Shown here in pieces: positions 63,156 through 64,000 of a DNA stretch of 64,000 nt; the first letter of the stretch is position 1; each line of letters opens with the position of its first letter. The position numbers and the translations under genes are program-made. Under the pieces are notes generated by a model. That model was not told the origin of the DNA. It did not search any database and saw nothing but the letters and a program-made list of their open reading frames with translations. Source of the stretch: Spirochaetia bacterium (GTDB lineage Bacteria > Spirochaetota > Spirochaetia > UBA9216); NCBI GenBank assembly GCA_963675665.1, contig OY776510.1, forward strand, positions 1,088,001-1,152,000, in the 5' to 3' direction.

Positions 63156-64000
63156 TTAAAAATATCTTCTTCGGCTGTTCAGTGTGAGGAGGTTTTTCAA
63201 TTCAACCTCTCCCGCGGATTCAAGCCATTTCTGTTTGAATTCCGGGAGACTCATCAGCGAAGCTATTGCCGCAATAGTCTTCAGATGAAGAGCCTTTCTG
63301 TCTTTTGTTCCGCCAAGAAGAAAGATTGCTTTTACCTCCGGCTCATCTTCTGTAAACCTGATGCCGGTTTTTGCACGGATGATATGCATGAACATCTTGC
63401 TTTCTCCTTCAATGACGATGTGGGGTATTGCGAGAAATTCGGAGATTGCCGTATTTGATTCCGCCTGTCTTTCGAGGAAACGTTTTATTATTTCTTTTCC
63501 GGGCATGCTGATTTTGTCCTCGATTTTTTTCGAGATCAGGTTAAGCAGTGCTTCGAAATCCGGATTTCCCGGAATATCCGTGATTTCAGCGCCCTTGATA
63601 AGGATATCGAAATTATCCTGTTCGATATTGTCCCGGTTTATTATTATATCGCGGAATTCATCTTCAATCGAACCGTCGAGCAGTCTCTCATCGGTAATCC
63701 TTTTCAGAAGGTGCAGAAATGCGGATTCGTGACTGGCGTTCTTTCGGCCGTAAAAAAGGTATATAAGCACGCCGGCAAGGACAAGTACAACACTTATTTC
63801 AATTGCGGACAACCCAAGGTCGACTATAAAGAATGAAAACAATCCGATTGATATTATCTGCAAAAAAGGGTAAAAAGGCGTCCTGAAGCTGGGTTTGTAG
63901 TTCGTAATTCTGCTTTCCCTGAAAATAATTACCGCCATATTGGTTAATACATATGATGTCAGAATAACGGTAGACGCAACCTTTACCAGTGTTTCAAGCG
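63156..64000 (-). CDS. Amino-acid permease (APC superfamily) fused to a PTS EIIA-like domain (5' end lies beyond the window)
   Basis: AVIIFRES...YKPSFRTPFYP and TM helices; C-terminal ERQAESNTAISEFLAIPH...IRF...HLKTIAAIA. Confidence 0.82.
   Translation of the reverse strand, partial: LETLVKVASTVILTSYVLTNMAVIIFRESRITNYKPSFRTPFYPFLQIISIGLFSFFIVDLGLSAIEISVVLVLAGVLIYLFYGRKNASHESAFLHLLKRITDERLLDGSIEDEFRDIIINRDNIEQDNFDILIKGAEITDIPGNPDFEALLNLISKKIEDKISMPGKEIIKRFLERQAESNTAISEFLAIPHIVIEGESKMFMHIIRAKTGIRFTEDEPEVKAIFLLGGTKDRKALHLKTIAAIASLMSLPEFKQKWLESAGEVELKNLLTLNSRRRYF

Overview
Bacterial chromosomal window, most likely from a free-living spirochaete (inferred from protein style and gene content, not from a marker gene). 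It holds about 60 tightly packed CDSs; I saw no rRNA, tRNA or CRISPR array. (1) A class IIC group II intron (969-5180) sits just behind a rho-independent terminator. Its reverse transcriptase ORF is split at codon 20 by a complete IS66 (1500-3804, 16-bp IRs, 8-bp target duplication GATTTCCC). (2) A cobalamin riboswitch with an attenuator controls an orphan cobT. (3) The best candidate for an undescribed system is a leftward operon: unknown protein, calcineurin-like phosphoesterase, transmembrane Hanks kinase, polytopic FHA protein, exported vWA-TM-FHA protein, DUF362. It is divergent from a paralog of its first gene that is fused to an HU/IHF-like DNA-binding domain. (4) A two-hairpin element with compensatory changes occurs twice (28693 and 60566), each time about 50 nt upstream of a leftward gene. 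(5) About a dozen genes have a -10-like hexamer 5-7 nt before the ATG and no Shine-Dalgarno, suggesting leaderless mRNAs. The rest includes rimB-rimK (with an RCK_C domain), a LacI-controlled PfkB/BtpA/RbsD sugar cluster, a MalT-like regulator, RND efflux with a two-component system, nfeD-nfeD-floA, ackA and several lipoproteins. All product calls come from motif recognition only; no database searches were run.
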